IMG/VR virus record: IMGVR_UViG_3300037565_000164 | Span: 1 to 58,941 of that record | DNA length: 58,941 bases | Source of the DNA: a virus | Lineage: Duplodnaviria > Caudoviricetes | Reading direction: 5' to 3' (one strand) | Shown: piece after piece, positions 34,719 to 43,378 of the stretch | Layout of the letters: each line of letters begins with the position of its first letter | Numbering within the stretch: the first letter of the stretch is position 1 | Translations under genes and position numbers: made by a program | The notes under the pieces: model-generated | Seen by the model: only the letters and a program-made list of their open reading frames with translations | Database searches by the model: none | Told to the model about the DNA's origin: nothing

Positions 34719-36977
34719 TCAGCCGGACAGCGAGCGCGGCGGGCCGTCCTCGTCGCCATAGGTGTGGCGCACCTTGCCATTCATGGCCGTGGTTGGCATG
34801 CGATGGCCGCTGCTGTTCTGATACCAGCGCTCTCCGCGATTGATGGCGGCCAGCGCATGCGCATTGTGGTTGGACGGGCTGGCGTTCGCTGCACGAATGG
34901 ACGCCTGATCGAGCGGCTTGCGCAGCGACGCCGAGCCGCTGAGCCCTGTCCCGCCGCCGAGACCGATCATGTTGCGCAACCCCTCGACGATGCCCGGCCC
35001 AAACCCCTCTTCGGGAATGCCCAGCGCTCCACGGATGCCGCCCAGAAGTCCTTCCCCGATTCCTTCTTCGGGCAGGCCAATGGCCGTGCGGATATCTCCG
35101 GCCAGGCCATGATCGCTACGCTCGGGTGTGGGTTTTGGAGCGGGCTGGGTACGCAGCCACTCGGGGTTCAGCTCGACCACCGTGCGGGTGCGCAACGTCG
35201 GCCCCATGGTCTCGGCTGTCTTTGCGCCGGCGGCACGCTGCCCCTTGTTGTCGCGGCTCACCGAATAGGTCATCTCGCCAAGCGGAATGGCGTCGCGCTT
35301 GTTAGCGGCGGGCTTCCCACCCTCCTGCCCCGCATAGGTCTGCGGGATCTCGATTGTCTCGGTGCGCGTGATGTACTTCGGTACCTCGGCCGGAGATGTT
35401 GCGGCCGCCGCGCCAGGGGCCGCCGGTGTTGGTGCTGCACCAGTGCGTGGCCGGGTGCCAATATTGGGTGGCGGCGCTGTTGGCGCGATCTGTTCCGGGC
35501 GCGGCCGGGCGCCGACACCTGCAGCCGTCGCCGGTGGTGGCGCTGCGGGGCTAGCGCGCTCCTGGCCAGCATAACTCTGCTGCGCCATGGCGAGCTGGGT
35601 GCGTGACGGACTTGGGGCAGGATCTGGGCGGCTTGGCGCGGGCTCCCGCGCCGGCGGCGACGTCGGCCCGCGCTCCTGGCCGGCAAAGGACTGGGGAGGT
35701 GCCGCCCGCGACACCGGCCTTGGGGCCATGATCTTGGCCGGCCCGGTTTCCCGTCCGGCGAAGCTTTGGGGCTGACGTTCGAGCGTCGCGCGACGCTGCG
35801 CAGTTTCGGCTTGTCGGGTCAGGGTAGTCGCTGCCTCCGGCGTGACGTTGCGCGGCATCGGCACCTGACCCGCTACGGGCTCGGCGGTCCGCTGCACGCC
35901 AGGGCGCCGAGCGACTGGGCCGCGCTCCTGGCCCGCGAAACCGCCATCGCTCGGCACTGGCCGCTGTGGCTGGCGCATGGCGGTGGCGGGAATCGGGTCT
36001 GGCGCCGTCTCGATCGCTGCATCCGGGGTCAGAGAGCCCAGTCCCCGCGTCACGGAAGTGCGCACCAGATCCTCGTCGGGGATATGCCGATACCGGACAT
36101 TGCCATCTGCATCGAGCTGCGGCGTGTGGGCGTTCGGCCGGGTCGCCGCCACTTCCTCTGGGCGCAGCGTCGGCTGCCGCGAAAACCCGAGCCCGATGAC
36201 GTCGGCCATTTCCGGCATCGTGCCGACATCATCCTGCGCGATGATACCGGTCGGCCCAATGGTTGGGAGACTGCGGGCGGGGGCTTGCTCGGTTGGTGCC
36301 TCAGGCCGCTCCGACGCAGGCGTCGGCATGCTCACTTGCTGCGGCGGGCGCTGGTCGCGCGGCGTGGGCATCGTGGGCTCGATGCGAGCCGGGGGCGCCA
36401 CGTCCATTTCCGTCGCGACGATGTTGGGCACCTCTCCTGGCGGAAGCTTCACACCATCGGCAGTGTAAAAGTCACCCGCGAGTTGCGCTTCTACCGGGGT
36501 ATAGCCGTCGGTGGTGCCGTGGTAGTGGATAGACTGCCCGGAGCCGTATCGAGGTCCATCCAGCGCGTCGATCCACTGCCGATTCTTCGCGTCGCTATAA
36601 AGCGGGTTGGCGTAGTGCAAATTGCCGCCGACCGAGCTCGGGGCGCCACCAATACGGCTGTTGACCCAATCATTGACGGCCGAGCGAGCGACGTCCGGCA
36701 CAATGCCATCAGGTACGCGTTCGACGGAGCCCCAGACTTCATAGCCCCGATCGCGCGGACCGTTAATGGCCGAAAACTGCCGGTCCTGATTGGCGACACC
36801 AGCTATGGTGTCAGGAAACTGGGGCGAAGCAACTCGGTTGAGGACGGTGTCGACAATACCTGCGACCTGGCGCTGATACATGTCTGGATCGCGCTGCGCG
36901 AGTCGGTGATCGGCCTCGGTTGCGACGATGCGCTCAAGGTAGATGCGATCCTGCAGAGAGATGTTGATGGGCGCCAT
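34719..36977 (-). CDS. Cell-wall hydrolase (SleB/Hydrolase_2-like N-terminal domain) with a long Pro/Ala-rich tail
   Basis: RIVATEA..VDTVLNRVASPQFPDTIAGV..QFS..HYANP. Confidence 0.8.
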   Translation of the reverse strand: MAPINISLQDRIYLERIVATEADHRLAQRDPDMYQRQVAGIVDTVLNRVASPQFPDTIAGVANQDRQFSAINGPRDRGYEVWGSVERVPDGIVPDVARSAVNDWVNSRIGGAPSSVGGNLHYANPLYSDAKNRQWIDALDGPRYGSGQSIHYHGTTDGYTPVEAQLAGDFYTADGVKLPPGEVPNIVATEMDVAPPARIEPTMPTPRDQRPPQQVSMPTPASERPEAPTEQAPARSLPTIGPTGIIAQDDVGTMPEMADVIGLGFSRQPTLRPEEVAATRPNAHTPQLDADGNVRYRHIPDEDLVRTSVTRGLGSLTPDAAIETAPDPIPATAMRQPQRPVPSDGGFAGQERGPVARRPGVQRTAEPVAGQVPMPRNVTPEAATTLTRQAETAQRRATLERQPQSFAGRETGPAKIMAPRPVSRAAPPQSFAGQERGPTSPPAREPAPSRPDPAPSPSRTQLAMAQQSYAGQERASPAAPPPATAAGVGARPRPEQIAPTAPPPNIGTRPRTGAAPTPAAPGAAAATSPAEVPKYITRTETIEIPQTYAGQEGGKPAANKRDAIPLGEMTYSVSRDNKGQRAAGAKTAETMGPTLRTRTVVELNPEWLRTQPAPKPTPERSDHGLAGDIRTAIGLPEEGIGEGLLGGIRGALGIPEEGFGPGIVEGLRNMIGLGGGTGLSGSASLRKPLDQASIRAANASPSNHNAHALAAINRGERWYQNSSGHRMPTTAMNGKVRHTYGDEDGPPRSLSG

Positions 36978-37053
36978 GCCAGTCCCCTGATGGAGTACCA
37001 GCACGTCATGCGCCTGCGACGCGAACCATAGTCCATCCTGGACGGATTGGCGA
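36978..37053 (-). promoter_or_regulatory. Late leader 6 (hydrolase): promoter plus motif (37001-37013)
   Basis: TCGCCA-17-TATGGT; GUGCUGGU-A-CUCC pairs with GGGG-ACUGGCAU, covering RBS and AUG. Confidence 0.8.
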
Positions 37054-37082
37054 TACGCAGGTCTGCTGCTATGGTCGCGGGC

Positions 37083-37391
37083 ATGAAAGCTGCAGTGACG
37101 ACGTTTATAGCCACGATTTTGCTTCTAGTTCCCGCCACTGCGGCCGAGTGCGTCTGGCAGGCGGAAGATGGTCAGGTGCTTGCTGTTTCCGACCCGGCGA
37201 CAATTTCGATAACGGATCGGGGCGAAACGCAGTTTTGTTCTCTGCGAGGTGCAGGCACCGGCGTTTCCGTTCGGGTCGGATCTTGTGGCGATCTGGAGTG
37301 GCCCTACTTCACTGTGCCATCAGTTCCTGGGGGTCTCGACGACATTCTGATCTTCCAGAACACAGCCTGGTATCGCTGGTGCGCCGACTGA
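37083..37391 (+). CDS. Small secreted protein (moron-like)
   Basis: Signal peptide ending ATA-A; four Cys; opposite strand to the late genes. Confidence 0.65.
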   Translation: MKAAVTTFIATILLLVPATAAECVWQAEDGQVLAVSDPATISITDRGETQFCSLRGAGTGVSVRVGSCGDLEWPYFTVPSVPGGLDDILIFQNTAWYRWCAD

Positions 37392-37397
37392 GCGTCC

Positions 37398-37604
37398 TCA
37401 GCGCCAGATCAGGTGGCGCATAAGGCCCGCACCAAGCCCTCCGGCGGCAACTGCCAGGCCGAGTGTGGCTTCTGGCCAGAACAGCGCGCCGACAATAGCG
37501 CCGACACCAGCGCCCATGCCGACCGCCATGCCATAGCCGACGAACATGAACCAGCTTTCGCTGACCGCTTCGACGCGGGCATTACTGATGGGCAAGTGTC
37601 TCAT
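37398..37604 (-). CDS. Small membrane protein (2 TM, Gly-rich)
   Basis: GAGG RBS; hydrophobic Gly-zipper-like segments. Confidence 0.55.
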   Translation of the reverse strand: MRHLPISNARVEAVSESWFMFVGYGMAVGMGAGVGAIVGALFWPEATLGLAVAAGGLGAGLMRHLIWR

Positions 37605-37816
37605 GGCGGCAACCTCAAGAACAGACTGCCGCATCAACGCATGGGCGGGGCCCTGACGTCAATCCCGGCGCGGCTGGGCACTTTGCTTGGTCAGCGTGAC
37701 AACGGCCACACGCGGCGCCCCCTTGTCCCGATCGACCCGCAACGCCTCACGAACCAGCGGCAGGCGCTGAAACGCCCGCCGCCATAAGCCGGTGGTGTCG
37801 GCCATCTGCTCCATGC

Positions 37817-38038
37817 CTATTCGGCCGGTTCGGGGTCCGGCACCGAAACATGGCGGCTTTCGCCGGTCAGGCCGGTGGCATAGCGCTCCGGCATGACGCC
37901 GGTTTCATTCATCTTGATCGGCGAGATGGCCGTCGCGATGACCAGGCGAACGCGCTGCCCGCTTTTCTCTTTGACCTTGATCGACACCTGGTCGCCGATT
38001 TCCAGAATGTCCCCAACCTTGACGTCGCGCGTGATCAT
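37817..38038 (-). CDS. Divergent CsrA/RsmA-fold RNA-binding protein
   Basis: MITRDVKVGDILEIGDQVSIKVKEKSGQRVRLVIA aligns without gaps to CsrA [35 protein letters not shown]. Confidence 0.75.
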   Translation of the reverse strand: MITRDVKVGDILEIGDQVSIKVKEKSGQRVRLVIATAISPIKMNETGVMPERYATGLTGESRHVSVPDPEPAE

Positions 38039-38047
38039 CGGGTGCCC

Positions 38048-39013
38048 CTATGAGTTGAGATAGCGATCGCGGTCGGCCGGCGACAGCGCCGCAAGGGCGT
38101 TCTCGAAGGCTTCGCCGTTCAAGCGATCGAGATGAGCGAAGCGCCCACCATCACTGAGATTGTCTTCACCCGCTGCCGGCAGCGTGCCGAGCGACGGGGG
38201 AATTTCGCGCTCCCCATTCGCCTTGGGCACAGTTTCCTTCTTGCCCGGCTTTGCAGCCGGAGCGTGCCCGGTGAGGTCGCTGGCTGCGCCGACAAGCGCC
38301 TCATAGGCCTCGCCGATCAGATCCGGGTGGAAAGGATCGGTCTTGTACTTGGTCGCTTGCAGGATGCGGACCTGCGTGTCCAGCAACTGGAACGCCTTGT
38401 TGCCTGTGTCGCCTTCAACCTCTGGGTTGGGCGGCACGAATTGCGGGTGAGCGGTCAGGAAGTCGGGAACGGTCGACTGAATGAAGTCGTGCTTGCGCGC
38501 GTCGTAGCTCTGCCCTGCCCGCTCCTTGGTGAAACGCAGGTCCACGACCTTGTCTTCAAGCGCCTGGCGCTGCTCCTCGTACTCAGCACCGGACAGGTCG
38601 CCGGCATCAAATTTCGCAGCCAGGGCGCGCTGCTCCTGCCGCGTGGCCGTGATTTGCTGGTCGATATCAGCCGGGGCGGTATAGACCGGGCCGGCGGGGC
38701 GCTTGGGCGCCGCATCGGCTGCAGGCGCTGGCGCTGCATCCGGCTGGGCGGGCTTAGCCTGATCTGGCGCCGGCTTATCGGCCGGCTCCGCTTTAGCCGC
38801 CTCCGGATCTGGGTCGGTCTTGCGCTCTTCGGGCTTGGCGGGCGGCGCGGCGCCGTCTTCCAGCTCGGCATCCGACAATGTTTCTATCGTGACGTCGTCG
38901 CTACTTGCTCCCCCTTCGTCCGGGGCGTCATCGAGCAAATCGGGGTCAAGCAGTCCTGCGCGTTCTTCCTCTGTGAGTTCGGCAAGCTGTTCTTCGGTAT
39001 AGGCTGCGGGCAT
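38048..39013 (-). CDS. Scaffolding protein
   Basis: Acidic, disordered N-terminus, coiled coil, C-terminal helix pair; follows the portal gene. Confidence 0.7.
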   Translation of the reverse strand: MPAAYTEEQLAELTEEERAGLLDPDLLDDAPDEGGASSDDVTIETLSDAELEDGAAPPAKPEERKTDPDPEAAKAEPADKPAPDQAKPAQPDAAPAPAADAAPKRPAGPVYTAPADIDQQITATRQEQRALAAKFDAGDLSGAEYEEQRQALEDKVVDLRFTKERAGQSYDARKHDFIQSTVPDFLTAHPQFVPPNPEVEGDTGNKAFQLLDTQVRILQATKYKTDPFHPDLIGEAYEALVGAASDLTGHAPAAKPGKKETVPKANGEREIPPSLGTLPAAGEDNLSDGGRFAHLDRLNGEAFENALAALSPADRDRYLNS

Positions 39014-39034
39014 GCGGCGGTCCTCTTCGGGGGG

Positions 39035-41272
39035 CTAGACGCCGGCGGGCGGCTGGGCCGCGGCTGGCGATTGGGGGATTTGGGGTTGCTGCGGCTGGGG
39101 CGGCGCTGGTGCGGGCGCTGGTGCGTTGGGCGTCTCGTAGCCCGCCTCTTCCAGGATCGCGTCGGCGACATGGGCGGCGGCCGGGGGCAGCGCCAGGCTG
39201 TCGGCGGCAACGGTGAGCGCCCGCCCGGCCGTGTCGACCTTGGTGCCGACCAGCTTGGCCTTTTCGGCCTCGACGCGAGTCATGATGCTGTTGGCCTCGG
39301 CGATCAGCTTGTTGGCCTTGCCCTCGTCGGCCGCGATCTTGGCGATAAGGCCACGCTGTTGCAGTTGCGCGGCCTCGGTGGCGGCCTGTTCGCGCTGCTG
39401 CTCTTCGGGCGTCATGTCCTCGGGGCTGGCGTCGGGGTCTTTCATCCCGGTCATCTGGCGGATGCGCTTGACGATTTCGTCGCGCATGTCGATGTCCATG
39501 TTTTCGACCAGCAGGTCGAGCACGATCAGGGTGAGCTGCGGGTTCTGCGCCTTGGTGATGAGCTCGATGATCTGATCGACGGCGGTTTGGCGCAGCGAGG
39601 CCCGCCAGTCCGATTCCGACATGATGAAGTCGGCCTTGGTGCGGACGATGTCGTTTTCCATGTTCCCGTCATTGACGGTGATGAACTCCGGATTGCCGCG
39701 CGCATTGGTGATGCGGAACTGGCGCTGCTCATCGACGAACTGCTCAATCAGGGAGAGCTGCTTTTCGCCCTGCAACTGCCGTGACAGCCGGTAATTCTCG
39801 AAATATCCGGCCGTCGCCATGGAGCCCTGGTTCTGGCGGTTCTCGATCGCGACACCCGAGGCGGCATTTGTGCGGCGGCCCAGCAGCTCGTCGGTGACCC
39901 CGCTGGCCTGCTGGATCATGGCGATCGAGCGGCTGAACATCTCGAGCTGGTACTGGCTGAGCTCAGTGTCGGCGTTAAGCGTGAGCTCGGAGCCGCGCTT
40001 CTTGATGATGATGCCGTCCGGGCGCCCGGCCTCTTCGCGCAGATCCTCGACGTCGAAGTCGTCGGCTAGCGCGTTGTCGTCCATGATGATCTTGTTGGTG
40101 GAGAGGATGTAGAGCGCCTTGGACGCGCGCTTATTGATATCCTCCTGGATGCCCTTGATGCCCCGGATCATGCCGTAGGGCTGGCCGTCGCGGGCCCGGC
40201 GCTTGCCCCAGACCGGGGTGTAGGGGAACTTGTTGTGCCGGTAAGGGCTTTCGGAAAACCAAAGCATGCCCCCCGGCGTGAAGATGGCGACGTGCATGCG
40301 CATCTGCACGCTGGTGGAGAGGTTGACGCCCCGCTCCTCGTTGATCGACCAGAGGTGCCCTTCTGAGTGCGGGTCGAAAATTTCATTGGCGAAGGTGCCG
40401 CCTTTGAGCCGCTTCGTCTCGACGGGCAGGCGCAACCAGCCTTCCATGATGCGCAGCCGCTGCCGGTGATAGCCGTGCATGAGCGCGCTGGTTTCGGCGG
40501 AGAAGCCCAGCTCGGCCAGCTCCTGTGCGTCCATCGCCTCGTCGCCGAAGCTGTCGCTGCCCAGAAAGCTCTGCGCATCCTCGACCGAGGCTGTGAGCAG
40601 TCCCTTGCGCTTCGGGAACACCGAACAGGCGACATCGAGGTCGACCCATTTGGAGCGGAACAGGTAGCGGCCCTCGTCGAAATCGAACCCGGCCAGGCTG
40701 TCGTGCAGCATTTCGCGCCAGTTCACATAGCGCGAATAGATCGGCTCGCCATCGGTGTCGGGCTGCACCCCGTCCTCGATCCAGCCCAGGCCACTGCGCA
40801 CGGCATCCTCGAAGGCGCGACTGGCGTGGTGCTGACTGTGGTTGACGTCGGCAAAATACTTGAGCAGTTGGCTCTTGCGCTGGGCGGCGGCCGCACCCTC
40901 TTTCTTGCGCGGCAACACTTTGGCGTCGGCCCGCGATCGCTTCTCGGTGTTGACCACCCAATCGACCGAGGCGGAGATGACGTTATAGACCAGCGCCTTC
41001 TGGCCGCGCTCTTCCAGGGTCGCCGCATCACTGGGGGACCATTGCAGATTGTCGTAGAAGTCGTCGTCCTCGGCGCGTTCAACGCGATTGAGGTACTGCC
41101 GGTCGAGCTCGTTGATGTAATACGCCATGCACCGCTGGTGCATCTCGACCATCGCGGGACCGTCGAGCTTGTCCGGCACAATGGCCTGCGCGCCCTCGGC
41201 CTCGCTCCCCGGGATAGGCGACTTGTACGGCTTGTTGCGTGTCGAGTCGGCGCCGGCAGAAACGTCAAACAT
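39035..41272 (-). CDS. Portal protein (P22-like)
   Basis: DFYDNLQW, AVRSGLGW, PYGMIRGIKGIQEDINKR, ASGVAIENRQNQG. Confidence 0.9.
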   Translation of the reverse strand: MFDVSAGADSTRNKPYKSPIPGSEAEGAQAIVPDKLDGPAMVEMHQRCMAYYINELDRQYLNRVERAEDDDFYDNLQWSPSDAATLEERGQKALVYNVISASVDWVVNTEKRSRADAKVLPRKKEGAAAAQRKSQLLKYFADVNHSQHHASRAFEDAVRSGLGWIEDGVQPDTDGEPIYSRYVNWREMLHDSLAGFDFDEGRYLFRSKWVDLDVACSVFPKRKGLLTASVEDAQSFLGSDSFGDEAMDAQELAELGFSAETSALMHGYHRQRLRIMEGWLRLPVETKRLKGGTFANEIFDPHSEGHLWSINEERGVNLSTSVQMRMHVAIFTPGGMLWFSESPYRHNKFPYTPVWGKRRARDGQPYGMIRGIKGIQEDINKRASKALYILSTNKIIMDDNALADDFDVEDLREEAGRPDGIIIKKRGSELTLNADTELSQYQLEMFSRSIAMIQQASGVTDELLGRRTNAASGVAIENRQNQGSMATAGYFENYRLSRQLQGEKQLSLIEQFVDEQRQFRITNARGNPEFITVNDGNMENDIVRTKADFIMSESDWRASLRQTAVDQIIELITKAQNPQLTLIVLDLLVENMDIDMRDEIVKRIRQMTGMKDPDASPEDMTPEEQQREQAATEAAQLQQRGLIAKIAADEGKANKLIAEANSIMTRVEAEKAKLVGTKVDTAGRALTVAADSLALPPAAAHVADAILEEAGYETPNAPAPAPAPPQPQQPQIPQSPAAAQPPAGV

Positions 41273-41702
41273 CGGTCAGGACATCCTCAATGAGGGTCTT
41301 GCCCGTGGCGCGATCGGTGACGGTCACTTCGCCGATGACGGTTCCCGCCTCGCGCACATTGGGCGGGAACGGCGGCATGCTGATCAGGTCGCCGAGGTGG
41401 TCGTTGATAAAGCCGTAGATGCGGAAGATATTGCGCTCGTCCGGCTCCAGGCGCAGTGACTCGCAGATGTTGAGCAATTGCCGGGCCGTTTGCGCGCCAT
41501 CGCCGATGCGCTCGTCCCAGATCCAGGCCTTGTCGAGCGTGATGATATAGGGGCGTGTCGCGCCGGACATCTCCTCGCCGCGGCGCAGCAGCGCCAGGCA
41601 GGGGTGATAGTCTCCGTCGATGAGAAGCCAGGTCCCAACGCCAGTGATTTCGTGGCGCTGATAGGCAAACGCACGCTGGCTGAGGTCGATCGAGGCGGTC
41701 AT
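41265..41702 (-). CDS. Hypothetical protein between terminase and portal
   Basis: Protein-like ORF overlapping the portal start. Confidence 0.7.
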   Translation of the reverse strand: MTASIDLSQRAFAYQRHEITGVGTWLLIDGDYHPCLALLRRGEEMSGATRPYIITLDKAWIWDERIGDGAQTARQLLNICESLRLEPDERNIFRIYGFINDHLGDLISMPPFPPNVREAGTVIGEVTVTDRATGKTLIEDVLTDV

Positions 41703-41788
41703 GCTCGGCCCCCACGGTTAGGGCTGAGCGGCAACGGGCCGAAAAATGCGCTGTTTCGCTTCATATGTCCATGGGGCATTGGTTTTCC

Positions 41789-43369
41789 TCATGAGGTCAT
41801 GGCGCTGCTGCGCCGTTTGCGGGAACGCTTGAGGTCTTTGGCGATGGTGTTGGTGTTGAGCATGCCGTGCTTTCCGGCCGAGGCCTTCTGGCGCAGGGCG
41901 TCGGCCGCGTGCTGGTGGCCGTTCTTGGCAATGGCCGAGGTGAACACCTGCATGGTCTTGTTGAACACCTTGGCGAAGCCATCCAGATGCTCGATGCCGG
42001 CCTTGCAGTGCGTTTCATCGAACCGATAGGTCGAGAAGTCCTGCCGCATGAGCTGGATTTCCACCTCGACGCTGTCGGCGCGCGGGACAATCTCGATGTC
42101 CTTGAGCCCGACTTCCTCGATCATGTCCTTGTATGTGACCAGGCGTTCGGTCTGCATCCGCCGGTGGGCGCCGTCATGGGGCAGATAGTGTTTACCCCAG
42201 ACGAACTTGCGTTCCTCGCGGATCTTCTGCAGCTCGCTCACATAGTAGGAGGGCGGCTCGCCGGAGCACTCGATAAAGCCGATGAAGTGATCCCACGCCC
42301 CAACATGCTGGTGCAGCCAGATGGCCGTGGCATCATCGGTGCCCAGATCCCAGAAGGTGTTGACGGGAACGCCTTGCACCAGCGGAATATCGCCAATCCG
42401 GCCTTGCACCCGGCAAATGGCCATCTGTTCGGCAAGCCACAGCCCGTTCGCGGCGACGGTGAAGGCCTCGTCGAGCGTGGTTGGGTACTGGCGCCACATC
42501 TTGGCCTTTTCGCCACCAAACTGGCTCGCCAGCACGGTGACGTACCAGGCGCGCTTGCGCAGGCTGATGGGGCGTCCGATGACCGCTTCCATGCGGGCGA
42601 AATAGGCGTGTTCCTGCGGGGAGATGATGATGCCATCGGGCGGCAGCTCATATTCCTCGGCGTCCCACCAACTGGCGAAGTGCAGGCGATAGTCGAGCTT
42701 GGTCAGCGCGCGGCCCTGCTTTTCGATATCGGCGGCGTGCTTCACCATGTCGGAGAAGATGCCGTAGGGGCTTTCCACCGTGCTCTCGATGGTGGCGATA
42801 CCGTTGGCCGGCACGGCCGGAAGCGAGCCTTCCTGGATTTCGCGGGCCTTGATCGGATCTTCGAGGCAGATCAGGCCGTATTCCGAGACATGCAGTATAT
42901 CGATGGTGCCACCGCGCACGGAGGTCGACACCGACATGCTCGAATCATTGCCCCACGCCAGCTCGGTCTGGTTGTCGGTGGTGAGCGGCACCATGTCCCG
43001 GATCAGTGGGGGCAGCCGGTCATAGGCAAACTTGATCTTGCCATCGCGGATGCGCGACGCAGTGTCCCGGTCCTGGGCGATGATGGCGGCGTTCGTCTGC
43101 GGCGTGAAAAGGCAGGTATCCAGCGTCAGGATCTGTTTGCAGGTCGAAAAGCCACGCTGGCGCGCCTTGGGCACCAGGTTGCGAAACCACAGCCGATCGA
43201 GAAACTTGTCCTGCGCCTCGTTGGGGCGAAAGGTGACGGTGTTCCCGTCCTTGTCCTTGATCTTGTAGAGGTTGCGGATGCGCCAATGCGCGTCGCTCAT
43301 CGCATCGATGAGCTCGGACTCCCGCATCTCCTCGACGGGCCGGTAAATCCTGGGCGGCGACGCTTCCAT
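41789..43369 (-). CDS. terL: Terminase large subunit
   Basis: KARQRGFST Walker A, LHVSE Walker B, IEST, WDLG..DATAIW, YLPHD, HAADA. Confidence 0.93.
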   Translation of the reverse strand: MEASPPRIYRPVEEMRESELIDAMSDAHWRIRNLYKIKDKDGNTVTFRPNEAQDKFLDRLWFRNLVPKARQRGFSTCKQILTLDTCLFTPQTNAAIIAQDRDTASRIRDGKIKFAYDRLPPLIRDMVPLTTDNQTELAWGNDSSMSVSTSVRGGTIDILHVSEYGLICLEDPIKAREIQEGSLPAVPANGIATIESTVESPYGIFSDMVKHAADIEKQGRALTKLDYRLHFASWWDAEEYELPPDGIIISPQEHAYFARMEAVIGRPISLRKRAWYVTVLASQFGGEKAKMWRQYPTTLDEAFTVAANGLWLAEQMAICRVQGRIGDIPLVQGVPVNTFWDLGTDDATAIWLHQHVGAWDHFIGFIECSGEPPSYYVSELQKIREERKFVWGKHYLPHDGAHRRMQTERLVTYKDMIEEVGLKDIEIVPRADSVEVEIQLMRQDFSTYRFDETHCKAGIEHLDGFAKVFNKTMQVFTSAIAKNGHQHAADALRQKASAGKHGMLNTNTIAKDLKRSRKRRSSAMTS

Positions 43370-43378
43370 GAGGACGGC

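Noticed and set aside
21650-37004. Upstream start codons in the ORF track (21667, 24590, 29700, 34379, 37004, and also 7664)
   Set aside because: The extensions run through leaders or neighbouring genes; the downstream ATGs have the RBS.
7640-37013. The 13-mer as a CRISPR repeat, DNA operator or packaging signal
   Set aside because: Copies are kilobases apart, share one orientation, sit at a near-fixed distance from start codons and rely on G-U pairing. An RNA-level role fits better, although a DNA role is not formally excluded.
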